From assembly GCA_964270895.1 (NCBI GenBank), contig OZ185437.1: a DNA stretch of 64,000 bases; one strand, written 5' to 3'. The notes beneath the pieces were generated by a model. That model ran no database searches. It had not been told where the DNA came from and worked only from the letters and a program-made list of their open reading frames with translations. Positions 12,359-25,269 of the stretch are shown in pieces; within the stretch, counting starts at the first letter, position 1; each line of letters opens with the position of its first letter. The DNA is from Podarcis filfolensis (Eukaryota). The position numbers were made by a program, and so were the translations under genes.

Positions 12359-13849
12359 CTGATGTTCTACTAATTTCCCTTCATTCACCATCTTTCCTGA
12401 TGGAAGCAGCAAAGATCACTCTATTTTTTTTTAATATTTCACAGGTTAAAAAAGAGGGGGAGAGAGAGAGCTGGCTTTAACATATAAATTGTGATTCTGC
12501 AGGCACAGCAAAATGCTGGCAATCCATGTGTGGTGTTAGGAATCCTTCACTAGACTAAATGTGCCTGGAAAGATACTGAGAACAGTTCAGTGGTATCTTC
12601 TGGAGAAAGAGAAAGAAGAAGCCCCAGGGAATAAGCAAATAATAACAACAACAACCAAAGGAAGAAGGGAGGGGGAAAGGGGGTCTCTTTTAAACCTCAC
12701 TACCCTTGAGCATTGTGTGAATCTCTTTTCTTCGCTGAAAGCCTTCTTTGTCACACACACACACACACTTCAAGTTCTATTTGCAAGAGGGGGAGGAGTC
12801 ACTTTATTTATTATTTTCCCCACTCCCCCTTTTTGCAGTTAAGTTGCAGCACATAAAGCCTTGGGATGAATCTCGGCTGTTTCCCCCCCTCCCCTCTCTA
12901 AACTAGTAAAATCATCAGTCTGTGTGAGTTCAGAAGGTGGGGATCTGGACAAATTTCAGCATTTTTGCCAAGAAGGAAGGGGGAAGCAGCTTGTGCATGT
13001 GGAAAACTCTACTGTACTGTATAGGACAACTATCAATTATTAAAGGATTACATCATTGTAGTTATTCTCACCCTCTCCCTCATTCAACGTGCCACAAAAC
13101 ATTATCTAATTGATCCTCTTGCAATCACAATGCATCCCCATCAGGGGTTGACAAATGTCCCTTATACTGAAGCGGAATCCCCTTCTTTTTAAAAAGAAGG
13201 TTTTTGTATTCCACAACATCTCAGCACGTAGAACCTAGCAGGCAGCAGTCCTCATTTGAGAAAGCCCAAGCTCTACTCTGTAGATCAGAGGCATCATCTC
13301 CAAAGTGCCCCTGTTTTGAAAATCCTGTCATATGGCCACGCCAGTCACCAACCCCGTCAGCAGCAGGGTCACAAGAAGGGCCAATCCTACAGAGCAGACA
13401 GCAGCTCACACAAATCTCTGCTTTTGATAGCTATGAAGCATTTCTGCAAAGGCGTGGGACAGGCAGCCACACACGCACACACACACAACATCCTATAAAT
13501 CTCAAATGAAAAACTTCTTAACTGCAGACTGTTCCTCCCAGACGCCAGCACAGGGCACCCTTATCCAACAAGAGCTGGACACAAATGGCATATGGAAATA
13601 GCAGGGCTTTAGAGAGCTAGTAAATACGTTGGATGCCATGCTTTAGAAATGACATTACAGTATTCTGGCTCCCCATCCACACCTCTCTGCCATGTTCGAC
13701 GATGCCGTTATTGTTATTGTTCTGTTCTGGTTTCCAAATCTTCTTTAGGCCCAGCCACCACCACGCCTCTCGAATTATAAACGGACCCATGCCTCTGGTC
13801 CCATCATCACTCCCTTTCTAGGTCCCATCCCCTTTGGTCTGGCGTTCAC

Positions 13850-14830
13850 ACACACGGCTCTAGAGGTGGGAGCTCCGCGCGAGAAACGACATGCAGCAAG
13901 ACAATCTTCCCAGAGCCACTTCAGGAGAAGAGCGCGCGCACACATACACACACACACGACAGCACAAAGCGGGGAACCCAGCCCCGCGGTACAAAAGCCG
14001 GCGCATGCCTCGTTGCCCTCCCTCCCTCCCTTCTATAAGGCAGGGGCTGCGGGAAGTCCGGGCGGCGCGTTCTCGTGCTTACCTGAAGCGCAGCCGGACT
14101 TGGGTCTGCAGCGCCGCCTTCACCCCAACGCCCCCTCCCCCTCGCGCTCTCTGCAGGGTCCGGAGGGCGGCGGCGGCAGGCGTCCCCTTTCCAGAGGAAA
14201 AAAGCTCCGGGCGGTATCTGTCGCTCGCTCCCCCTTGCTATTCTTAACGTGAGGAGCGACGGGAGGAGGGGGTGGGGTGGGGTGGACGTCCCTGCCTCAG
14301 CGGCCGGGGGGCGCCAAATGGCCGAGGAGGGGGCGGCAGCTTTGTCTGGCGCGCGGGCTGCTTGTCCTGAGGAAGATGGGCTCGCGCTGCGCGGCTCCGT
14401 TGCCTCCTCTCTCTCTCTCTTTTTGTGCCCAAGACTCAAGCCAAAGCCGCTTCAGTCTGTCTCCTCCCCTCCTCCTCCCACCACCGCCACCCAGGCTCCT
14501 GACAGATGGCGCAACCGCAGCATCGCTGCTTTGGCGCTCCTCCTGGCCAGCTCGCGCGGATGGAGCCTGGACTCCTCCACTGCCTTGCCTTGCCGTCCCT
14601 CGCCTCCTCACCCCTGCGTCAGTTCACTAAGCGGGGAGAGGATGGGGGGGGGGCGCACGCACGCACGCGCGGAGGAGGAGGGAAGACTGACATCCCTAGC
14701 CGGCCTATGGCGAAGCTTTTTTGGGGTGGGTTAGGCGGGGAGAGGGGACTCCGGTTCTTATTGGCACGCGCGCCACTCGGGAAGGCGGGCGCAATGGGAT
14801 TCGCTTCTGCACATCGCATCTCGGGTTGCT
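13850..14830. promoter_or_regulatory. CpG island / probable FYN promoter
   Basis: Dense unmutated CpG and high GC against an AT-rich background; GC boxes; CCAAT on the minus strand at 14760-14764. Confidence 0.9.
14083..14570 (-). other. FYN: Probable non-coding exon 1 (5'UTR) of FYN; upstream boundary approximate
   Basis: Donor CTTCAG|GTAAGC after 14083; minus-strand GTTGCGCCATCTGTCAGGAGC (14495-14515) matches the human FYN 5'UTR as I recall it; synteny and orientation relative to CCN6. No FYN coding exon lies in the window. Confidence 0.7.
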
Positions 14831-17657
14831 CTGTGGGATGGATGGGGTGGGTGCGCCCAGCTGACAGAGCGCTTTGTTGGGGAAGGGTTCTTCCAGCCGC
14901 CCAATGAAACGGAAAGGAAACTGGAACAGAGGGAGAGATTCTTCCTTTTTTTAAATGTCTGGGCTTTGCATTGCAAGGATGTGAGAGTGAGTGAGTCAGA
15001 GAGTTGGAAAAACCAGCGTGTCATCTCATCCGCCCGCAGTGACCATCCGCGCCAGCATCCCTGTATGAATCAATCCAAGGAAACGTGAATAGGGATCTGG
15101 TGGTGCTAGTCTGATCAGAATGGCTTGATGCTTTTCACAGTTTGCCAAGCCATAGAAATGTAGGTGTTTTCTGACCTAGTGGGCAGGTTTGGTAGGTAAG
15201 TTCGGGCTGGGCCAAATGCTAGAAAGAGGCTCAAAGTTTCCATTTGGGGCCACCAAAATCTGGTGCTGCCTGTGCTACACCCCTGTTGGTTCCTTTTCAG
15301 CCACTGAATGAATGCATAAATTTACACTGTAGATCTCCGGTGCTCTTAACTCCAAAAGAGAGCTTGACCATGCCAAACTTTCCTTGACTTTCCCACTGAT
15401 TAGGGAGGGAGGAACACTGGTGTTTAGCACCTCACCTCTTGAATGGAAGGTCTGCTTTCCATCATAGAACATCTGTTTCCTATTCTTCAGTAAAACAGAA
15501 TTCATTGAAGTGTTGTACTTTGTAATGCCCGCAGAATTATGAAATCCTCAATTCAGCCTGCCAAATGTTTTGCAATAATATGTGGGTAAGTTCAGATAAC
15601 ATGACTTTGTTGGTCTTCATTCATATGACAAAGAAAAAAATAAATTGCTTCCCAATCTGACTGCAGCCCATGAGTGTGTGTGTTAGGTGGAATACACAGA
15701 CACACTCCATCTTTTTAGGTTTTTTTTTATATGATTATGTCGAATAGCATATCTAGGCCACTTTTTGGTCCCACACAGTGGTCCCCAAAGCAGTAACAGC
15801 AAGGCATTTGCACTTGTCTTCAAAGTATAATTTAAAGGTAATGTAATCTGCTATCCTATACACAATTATCCCATTGAACTCATTAGGGCTCGCTTCTTAG
15901 TAGATGTGTTTGTAGATTGCACTGAGATATCTATACATTGGAGGTAAACAGAAAACGAACATATCAAAAGTAAACCACCAAATTAAATTTTACCTCTTCT
16001 CATGCAATTAGAAATATAGTCTCATTTCTATGTGTAGAAAAAAAGTCACTTGTGGAACCTTAAAGACTATCAGATTAGATTAACACCTAATTCCCTCACC
16101 CCTTCGTTGTTTCAACATGTGCAGAAAATTATGTGCCTCTTAAGTTCTATGCCTGACAGTGCATTGCGGTCAGAGGTAGATCTGCAATCTTATACACTTA
16201 CCTGTTTAACTCAATGAGACTTAATTTTGAGAGGGCATGTATAGGCCTGTGCTCCTCCATAATATATTTCAGCATTTCAGGGACTGTGCTATTGCTCATT
16301 AAGGATACACTACCTGCAACAGTCAACTAACTGCAACAACCAACAAACATGTTTATTGTGACATAATATTCTATGGTCAGAAGTGGGTTTATGCCACAGT
16401 AACTGTACATACACTCTGCCTACATTCACTCAGAAGTAAGCCCCACTGAATTCCATGGGGTTTACTTGCTGACCTAGTGGTAAGCATGTATTGAACCCTA
16501 CAAATTGGTTAGCCTTAACCAATGGACTTAACTAACTCCTTGGGCAAAAGGTGAGGCAGAAATGTAAAAATAAATAATAATACCAATAAGAAGTCAATTT
16601 TTACTATATAATTATAATACAAATCAATAAAATGCTGAAACAAGTTATCAAAGTACTGATGAGAGAAATAGCAGGATACACAGAAAGAAAAAGTCTATTG
16701 TCATCCTCCTTGTACCTTACAACAGAAGAACAATGATAGGGTACCACTTCCCATCTAGAAGCAGCCTAAGTGTAGAAACATTTCAATAATTACCTTCTCT
16801 ATCAATGTTTTGCTTTTTAAATGATGTGAGCCACCAGTGCAGTGCAACTGAATAAATCCTTACTCAGAAGTAATCCACACAGAATTCAGTGGGACTTACT
16901 CCAATCCAAGTAGGTTTCTGTGCATAGGATATGACTGGGCTGTTAATTTCATATAGCTGTTTTCCTTTTATCTCAGAATTAATTAAAACATCCAAGGTTT
17001 TCTGCACATTCCTAGCTCCTTCTAACTTCTGAGCAACGTATCTTTACCCTTTGATCACACATCATTCCAAATGTGGTATTTTGACAGTTTCTGTGAGCCT
17101 TCAGAACCACGTATCAAAGATCCTTTGACTTTCATAAGAGCAACCTGAAAACAGCAGGTATTGAGATGGAGAGAACAAACAGGGTTTCACAAATGCAATC
17201 TGTAGCAAAATGTGCTTTTGTTCACTGTTCCAGCCAGCCATACCTTCCTCTATTTCCCCATGCCCAATACCTCCCACTGCTAACACACACTCCAAATTCT
17301 ACACTCATTAAGCACGATCAGTTCTCATTGTGCTACAGTATTTGGAATTCCACCCACCTTAGGGATTATTCCTTTTAAAAAAAAAGTACTTCTGGAAACC
17401 TCAGGATTTCCCTCAGCCTGGCGATACCTCCAGGAGTGGCTGGTGCAATGAGGGAGTTCCATGCCCCTGTCCTCCTGAGAGTGGTGCTACTTCCATTATT
17501 TCTGCTTACCTGGGTGGGGCAGAGTGATGGTGAGGTTGTGGCTAAGCAACTCCACCAACGGGAGTGATGGATTGGCCATGTTGCTGCACCCACACAGCTT
17601 TGGCCTTGATATCAAAATTAGGGGAAATTCATGCTAAAAGGCTAATGGCTTTTTCAT

Positions 17658-17660
<3 letters not shown>

Positions 17661-17698
<38 letters not shown>
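17661..17698. repeat. (CA)19 microsatellite
   Basis: Direct reading. Confidence 0.98.
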
Positions 17699-17702
<4 letters not shown>

Positions 17703-18408
17703 GAGTAAATTGATGTAGAAATGTGAAGTATGGGACTTAAGATTGTGGGAAACTAAAATCTCAGTGAACTCAGCAGGGCTTCCTTCTGAATAAACATGTA
17801 TTTGATTAGGTTTCATAGGTCTGCCTTCACTTTGAAAATATTATAAATATTTTGAAAGGAGATAAAAATTCAGAGCCAACTATGCAAATCTAGTACAACC
17901 TCCAAGCTTTGCTGTCCAATCTTCTATTGTCTGTGAAAATAAAAACCCAAATGATTACTATGATAATTTTTACAAGTGAAGTGCCACATCAGATTACATA
18001 AAACAAATCCTTGCTAAAGCCTGTCATATTAAAAGGTCATATTCCCCTCAAGCTGCTCCGCCTCACTTTTGGCAGGACTTTAGAGAGGGAAAGCTTATGG
18101 AGCAAAGGAGATGAGTGGGTGGGGAAGAAGAGCAAGCAAAACGACTTAACAATGTACCCAGTTAAGACAGGAGCATGAAACTGTGGGTGACCAAGGAGGA
18201 AAGTCTGGTAACTCCCCATCACAATCCCTCCAGGCTGGTAAACACTGGATTGGACCAGTGCCATCCATGATGCATCTCACAGTGATTGTAGAACTATATC
18301 CTTGATGGAAAACATAATGTGGAAACATAATGGAAAACCCATCTCCAATTTTAAGTCAGGAACAGGTATGCTGGGGAACTCACCAGGAATCTAAGGTAAA
18401 AAAATATA

Positions 18409-18629
18409 CAGTGGTACCTCGGGTTAAGTACTTAATTTGTTCTGGAGGTCCGTTCTTAAACTGAAACTGTTCTTAACCTGAAGCACCACTTTAGCTAATG
18501 GGGCCTCCTGCTGCTGCCGCACCGCCGGAGCACGATTTCTGTTCTCATCCTGAAGCAAAGTTCTTAACCCGAGGTATTATTTCTGGGTTAGCAGAGTCTG
18601 TAACCTGAAGCATATGTAACCTGAAGGTA
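18409..18629 (+). mobile_element. Tc1/mariner (Tigger/pogo-like) MITE, copy A, right TIR incomplete
   Basis: TA|CAGTGGTACCTC start; body nearly identical to 29786-30027; ends gtaacctgaaggta without the terminal CCACTG. Confidence 0.9.
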
Positions 18630-19089
18630 TGTATATCCTTCCCACATTTAAGTGATGTGTTTTTGTGTGGTGTTTTGTTTTTTGGCAATGGAAATGTTTT
18701 GTAGTCCTACTACCTTGAACAAAACTTGCAATGTGAAAAGCAGCATTCTGTTGCTTCTCCTTTAGATATGCTCTGCCCTGATGGGATGCTATCATGATGT
18801 GGAAAATAATTTGACCAAGGATGACAGATGCATGAAAGCTGCAGGTAAAATTAAAGTGCCAACATACATATTTTACTGTTTTATTTGTTTGTTCAACTTA
18901 TATTGCCACCCATCAATGAAACTCTCTAGGCAGCTCACAAACAAAAGCAAATATAATACAGTATTTTAAAAATACAATAATTAAAGCAGCAAAACGCAAT
19001 AAAAAAGCAAATAAAACTTTCCATAGCAGAGACAGAGCAAACAGTTTGCAGCTCAGCTTAATACACGCTAAAATATGTGACTTTCAGTG

Positions 19090-19275
19090 AGTGACTGGCT
19101 CTTTTTTCTCATACTACATTGTAGTATGTATTGTAGTATGCTGAGGCTGTAAGTCCACTTCTGGTCCACCTACACACTACAATACAAATATTTTACTTCA
19201 AGTGACTGGCTCTTTTTTCTCATACTACATTGTAAAAACTGCTGAAGATGTAAGTCCATCTCTGGTACACCTACA
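19090..19275. repeat. Local tandem duplication, period 111 bp
   Basis: agtgactggctcttttttctcatactacattgta at 19090 and 19201, each followed by gctga.g.tgtaagtcca...ctgg..cacctaca. Confidence 0.9.
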
Positions 19276-19319
19276 TGGGCTGCTAATTTGTTACTGAGCC
19301 AAGTCCAAAGTGTTATTTT

Positions 19320-19570
19320 GAGCTATAAAACCTTATATGGCTCAGGACCTCCATCCAGGACTGCCTTTCCCCATACAACCTACCTGGACCCTGAGGTCGA
19401 TCTCTCAAGACCATTTTCTTTCTGCCCCCTCTGAGAGATGTTTGGAGAGTGACAATGAGAGAACTGGCTTTCTCTGTGGCAGCAACCTATTAAGGAATCC
19501 ACTTTGCAAGGATGTTTGCTTGACGATGACTTTGTCTTCTCAGTGCTCAGTGGAAATATTTTTATTCTCC
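19320..19570 (+). mobile_element. Degraded L2 3' fragment
   Basis: aaaccttatatggctcaggacc...gctttctctgtggcagcaacc resembles the L2 ORF2 C-terminus. Confidence 0.55.
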
Positions 19571-21011
19571 TAGGCATTTGGACAACACTAATGGTTGGGG
19601 TTTTATTTGGTGTTTTGGTCTGTTGGATGTGGGTGGATAATTTATGTTGTAGGATGATTTCTTTGAACGCTTAGTATTTCTACATATGTGCTGTTTTAAT
19701 TAACTTTATAATGTATTGTATATGATAGCTTTGAGTTTTATTGTTTTGTAAACTGCTTCAGGACTCCCTTTGAGGGTATGATGCAATATATAAATTTAAT
19801 AAACTTAAGTAATTAATGTATCCAATATTTTCTCTGCAGTATTTGTCCGTGTGATAGGAGGCATTGTTTAATATATTAAACTATAACAGCACTGCAGGCA
19901 AAAGCAAGAATTCTTGTTCTGTTAATTCTAGAAACACTAGTGCACAGTATATATGGTCATATTTTTACTGCATTGTGTATTGCCTCTTGAGAGGAAAAGT
20001 GGTATAATAATACATCAATTACATTTCTAGGGCTAGCCCAAGACAGATTCTATACTGAAAATTTAAATGCTATCCAGGTACATTTTAAAACCAGCTCGGT
20101 GTTTGCACTCAAAAGCATTTGTAATTTGTTAATTGCCTTGCAATGTGTTCTCAGTTAACACAAAATCCCTCTTTAAAATATAGCTGCATATATGAGGATG
20201 TTTTTAATATATAATATGAGGATGTTTTACAAATAATGTTTTCAACAGGATTTTTAGGAAGATGTGATTCTAAAAAGGAGCAATAACAAGTTTCCTCATT
20301 GCAACCACAAATTATACATGATTGGTCAATGACGGCGTTTATATTATCGGAACATTAGTCGTCATAACTAGTTGCAGGGACCCTCTTTCTATACCTTACA
20401 GTTGACCTGGATGATGAGAAATACAAGCTTCCAGAACCTTACATTTTAAAAATTAAAACTTAAAGATGTGGTTAAATTGGCTTTCATCCTATCCTGTATC
20501 TATCTATAAACAAATACAAAAATGAATTAAGTGGCTATGATTTGAGAAAACAGGTTTGAGAAGAAAAACATAATATTTTCCTTTGCCTTTATTTCATGAA
20601 TCAAAATCTGTTTGGTTTTATTTGCTTAAGTCGGATTTTCTAAATTGTGTAGCCCAATGTTTGAGGGAATCAGGAGAATATGGAAGAGGTGAACCTGACA
20701 GCTGAGGAGGCAGAGTGGGACTTGCAACTGTTTGCACTTGCACTTCCAATGCCCTATTCAGCATCACATGTCTGCAATATATATTTATGCAACAACCTAT
20801 CACACTGACCTACTTGGAGAAGACAGATGTTGCTTAGGAAGGGTGGTGTCTTTGTGAATTTGCGTCTCAGCAGTTCTCACATGCTTTAAGCCTAATTCCA
20901 GAAGAAAGGTCATACATATTCACAGGTGGCAGTGGATGCCTTTAGAATTTGGATAGCTTGATGCAACAAAATGATTAGAGCTGTGCAGCTGCCACATAAC
21001 TGGGACTTAGA

Positions 21012-21148
21012 CAAGGGATGGGGAACCTGTGGTCCTTCAGTTGGAATGGTTGCACTCCAACTCTGATCATCCCTGACTATTGGACAGACTGGCTGGGACT
21101 GATGGATGTTGGAATCCATGTACATCTAGAAGACCACAGATCCTCATT
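21012..21148. mobile_element. Palindromic hAT-derived MITE
   Basis: gggatggggaacctgtggtc...gaccacagatcctcat imperfect TIRs; central fold-back; related pieces near 6945-6985, 23950-24010, 24078-24203. Confidence 0.6.
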
Positions 21149-21300
21149 AGATATTCAAATCAAATGAAAGTATCCCATGATCTGGGGCTCAGAATCTAGA
21201 ATGAGGTATGTGTTGTTGAACCACTTGGGAATGTGTTGTTAAATCGCACGAGTGTCATCAAATCTGACATATTTTTTAGATTGCCCTGAAAGTCTAAAGA

Positions 21301-21809
21301 TGTCAGGCACTAGGCAGAGGAGGACGAATGGTGGAGACTACCTCCCCATCCTGATCCTTCCAGGGAGGAGGAAGAGGAAGACAGTATAGATTTACAACAG
21401 TGGTGTGCAGGAGGTCACAGCTCAGAGGCAGATGAGCAGGAAAGTTGGGAAATAATGGGAGAGGAGCAGCAGGCAGAGCTGGAGCAGCATCTGGCTTACA
21501 CGTTGTCATTAGAAAGCATTCAAGATCCACCATCTCCCAGAACCTGGCAAGCCTTAAAAGTAGGAGAGCAAAGAGTTCGAAGACAGAGGGCACTTAGCAG
21601 CACCCATAGAGGAAGTGATGGCAATGACAAATGAGGAAGTGGGAGAGATGGGGGGGTGGAGATTCACTCAGGACAACGCCATTATCCAAGAGGCTCTCTT
21701 TACAGCCTCTCTCGGTAAAGTTTGAAATAAAAAAGGATTATAATAAACTTTTCCTTGTCTTTACACTTTCCTGGGCAACCAGCTGGGAGCCACTGACAGC
21801 ATCCTGACA
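21301..21809 (+). mobile_element. Solo LTR (Gypsy-like), 509 bp
   Basis: Starts TGTCAGG and ends CCTGACA (7-bp inverted termini); flanks AAAGA / AAAGT (4 of 5 TSD match); AATAAA at 21726 and 21742. Confidence 0.8.
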
Positions 21810-22378
21810 AAAGTGGTTATGTTTTAAAGAAGATTAAATTTCTTTGAAAAAATGATGGGAAATTGAAACCAGAAGAATTAGGAAAATCAAACCAGCGCTA
21901 GGGAATTATTTAAAACCATGATACTATAAGCTCAGAGAGAATCACAAACTAGTTTAAGAGGATGCCTACATGATTAATGAAGAGAGGCAAGGAAGTCATA
22001 ATGAGCAAGAAGACTTCCTTTAGAAAGTGTTGGTCTTGTTCAAATTATGAGGAGGCAAGGAGCAAAAGTAAGCTGGCAATAAGGCAAGCAAGAAAATAAT
22101 AATCTGATGAGCCTATTACTGAAAAGATTTGGCTCTTGCCCCACTCACTAGTGGCATGTGATCCTCAAAAGGCTGCCCACAAGGGAATGTGGCTGTTGCT
22201 CTCAGACTGAGAAAAATTCCCCATCCCTGTGTTACAGGACAAAGAAGAGAAAAGGTTCCCATGAATCACGGACTGAAATGACAAATGAGCTAACGGAATT
22301 CTATGCCTAGAATTCTATATCCTTCACCGCAGAAGGTGTTGAACAATTACCCAGGCCAAGTTACTTACTGTTTCTCTT

Positions 22379-22400
22379 CTCTCTCTCTCTCTCTCTCTCT
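22379..22400. repeat. (CT)11 microsatellite
   Basis: Direct reading. Confidence 0.95.
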
Positions 22401-22499
22401 TTAATTTTAATGGCGTGTGAAGAAGAGCCTGAATTTCAGCCTGTTTCTCGCCTGCTGCAGTCATGTCAACAATGGCTTCACACACTATCAGAAGTCATT

Positions 22500-22634
22500 G
22501 TCCCCCAGTGGTGCAATGGGTCAGTGTGTATGTATGGCTGTTAACCATACATAACTGTTGTTTTGAGCCCACCCAGGGGCAGTTGTGGGCAGGATTGCTC
22601 AGGGTCCCTTCCGACTCTACTGTTCTATGATTCT
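22500..22634 (+). mobile_element. tRNA-Asn-derived SINE with CR1-type tail
   Basis: Head gtggtgcaatgggtcag...ggCTGTTAAcc...gagcccacccaggg resembles tRNA-Asn(GTT); tail gggtcccttccgactctactgttctatgattct matches the CR1 tail at 34744-34780. Confidence 0.75.
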
Positions 22635-24077
22635 AATTGGCTATGAGGTATATTCATGTTCAGAAGCACTGCACCTCTGAATACCAATTGCTGAGGGGTA
22701 AACTATTTGAGGGGATGATTGCTGCCCAGCTTGTAAACTTTCTGGAAGCATCTGCCTAAGTGCTTTGAAATAGTATAATGGATTAGATGGAACTTTTACC
22801 TGCTTTGGTATGGATCTGTGCACATCTTATTTTTAAATATTTCTGTAGCCCTGCAAAAATATATTGTTCTTTGAGGTAAGGCCAAAGATGTTGCAAATAT
22901 ATAGAAATATCCCTATTTTCATTTTGAAGGGTATGCATTAGTATTGCCATGAAATTTAACAGGACTGCCAAATGACATGAATAAATTTAACAAAATAAGC
23001 TAGAATGTTTATTAAATAATGTTTAGAAAGACCTACATTAGTCACGACTGATTCTAGGCACTGTCAGACATGGGGTAATCCTTAACTTCTGGCAATAAGA
23101 AATAAAGCAGCAATCTTGCCCAGTTAGGATGAAATTAATCGGAGTGTAAAGCAGCCTTTAAACAAGATTTAAGCCCTAGTGGCTAAAAATACTAAGCTGC
23201 ATCACTATATATAACAGAATTATGGAAATATTTCATCTGCATGCATATTTAAGACTGTGTGAAGACAGTATTTTTATTTTTTTACCACAATACACTATAA
23301 TGTCCTGTATTCATCATTTCTCATAAAACTGTATTTCAATGTGTGGGTGAAGGAACTTGCATTCATCTCTTATTGATTCTCCTTTTGTGCTTCAGCTTTT
23401 AAACAATGTAAACAATGTAAAAAATGTAGCCTATTATAGGGCAGCTTGCTGGCTCCCAAGGCTATTGTCAGCGTTCATCAGGAACTGCAGTAACAGTGTA
23501 TTTGTTCTGCACTGTGGCTAGTCATAAAAAAAAAATTAAAATCTGTTTTTCATGTTTTCCATTTTAAATATTCAATATGTCACAACCGATTTAAAATAAA
23601 AAGCGAAGCTTCTGCAACCCTATGCTATAATATGCAATTTTTAAAGACTGAAAGAAACACTCATTTAAATGTCTTATTTAGTCTCTAAATGTCTTCTGAA
23701 AACTTTTCTACGTAACTTTCCAAGCTAATGCAGGCAATTAAGAATATAGCTATATATAATATTTTGTTATCTCTCATTCTGAATCCTCTTTTTCCTGCCA
23801 TATCACCCTGGAGCACTCATCATGTTGGGAGTTCCCCCAGTCTGGCTCCATGCCATTTGCTACAGTGGGAGAGGGGCATTTTGTGGTTAGTTCTCTTAGA
23901 TTAGGGAGGCAGGACCTTACTGGATTCCAACTTCCATCATGGCCATCAGTCAGGGAAGATGGGAACTGTAGCCCAACCAAATCTGGAGGGCTGCAGGTTT
24001 CCCACCCCTATGTTAGATGTTATGTCATGAAGACCAAACGCTTGAGTCATGCTCGACAAAGGCCTGGTGAGTGCAAT

Positions 24078-24203
24078 GTAGCCAACATGATGCGCCCCTG
24101 ATGCTTTGGACTGCAACTCCCACGAGACCCAGTCAACATGGACAAGAGCCAGGAATTATGGGAGTGGTAGTCCAAAATCTCTGACGGACACCATATTAGC
24201 TAC
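24078..24203. mobile_element. Palindromic MITE
   Basis: gtagccaacatg / catattagctac termini; ggactgcaactccca / tgggagtggtagtcc inner arms. Confidence 0.65.
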
Positions 24204-25269
24204 CCCCCCCCCCCGCTTTAATTTATGGCCTAGCTGTTAGGGTGCTCAGAAGGATCAATAGAGTAAGTGATCTTTGGGAGAATGATCATTGTGTACAGTT
24301 GTTCACTTGAGAAAGCAACCTAGCTTTCTAATAGGTATGCTCTTGTGTTAGCTATCTTCTGCAATCTGGGCATAATTTTGCTGGGTCGTTTTGCAAGGCT
24401 TATGCTGGCCACGTATTTGGTAAAAAGACCTTCCTTGTTTCTTAGATGCCAGGTAACATCCCCTGTGAGCTTTAGCATGAAAGAAAGGTAATGCAAGAGA
24501 GCTGTGATTGTTCTATGAAACACTCTGGAGGAATGCAGAGCAGAGGAATCATGTGGCCATCTTGTAGCTCAGATAGCCCCACCCCCCTGTTAGCTGTGTA
24601 GGGAAGCACACTTTCCACCTGCAGTTTCACTCTGTCACTTAACATGGCAGAAGACCAAATTGAATGACAAAGTCTATTTCACAGAGCAGAATCAAGTGAT
24701 GCCACATAACAATAATGCAAAGAAGCCGTTCTCTTTAGCTGGAGATAGAGCAAGGAGGCGCAGCTGACAAAACACATTGTCAACACCGCTGATAAGAAAT
24801 CCCTGAGCAGGATGTGCCACATGAAGATGTGCAAAAACATCAGGAACCACAGAGCTTTAGAGGAAACAAAACAGGAAGCATGTCCCAAATAATCAGAGAG
24901 CAGGCCCTAGACAGGTTACCCTGCTGAGTCAGGAAAGAAAGGAGCGATCTGTTCAGGGTGGAACGTTAAATGTGAACATTATCATTGTGACAAAATCCTG
25001 CCAAAGATGGACCATGGGAAATTCATGCTGACACTCTTGCCTTTCCACGCTTCATCACCAAATAAGTGAGAGAAGGGAAGGCTGTGGGAGCAGAGTGTAA
25101 CTGACACAGACAGGGCTTTTCATACGCTCTGTGAATATACCATGGCTCTTTCTGTTGCAAAGGGAAATAATCTGGGCCTGGGAGCCTTTGGCTCAAAGAA
25201 CATCAAAGCCTTCTATGCACAGCCTCAGAGCTACACTTTGAAATCACTTGCCTTTTAAGACTCATATCC

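Noticed and set aside
1-14082. FYN coding exons or the downstream 5'UTR exons I recall from human
   Set aside because: No Src-family kinase peptide in any frame and no match to those exons; they probably lie outside the window
13775-15024. Many overlapping 100-170 aa ORFs on both strands
   Set aside because: Low-complexity R/P/G/A-rich translations expected from a stop-poor CpG island; no recognisable protein
22100-22135. CTGATGA...GAAA hammerhead-like core
   Set aside because: Stem II does not pair and stems I and III cannot be built
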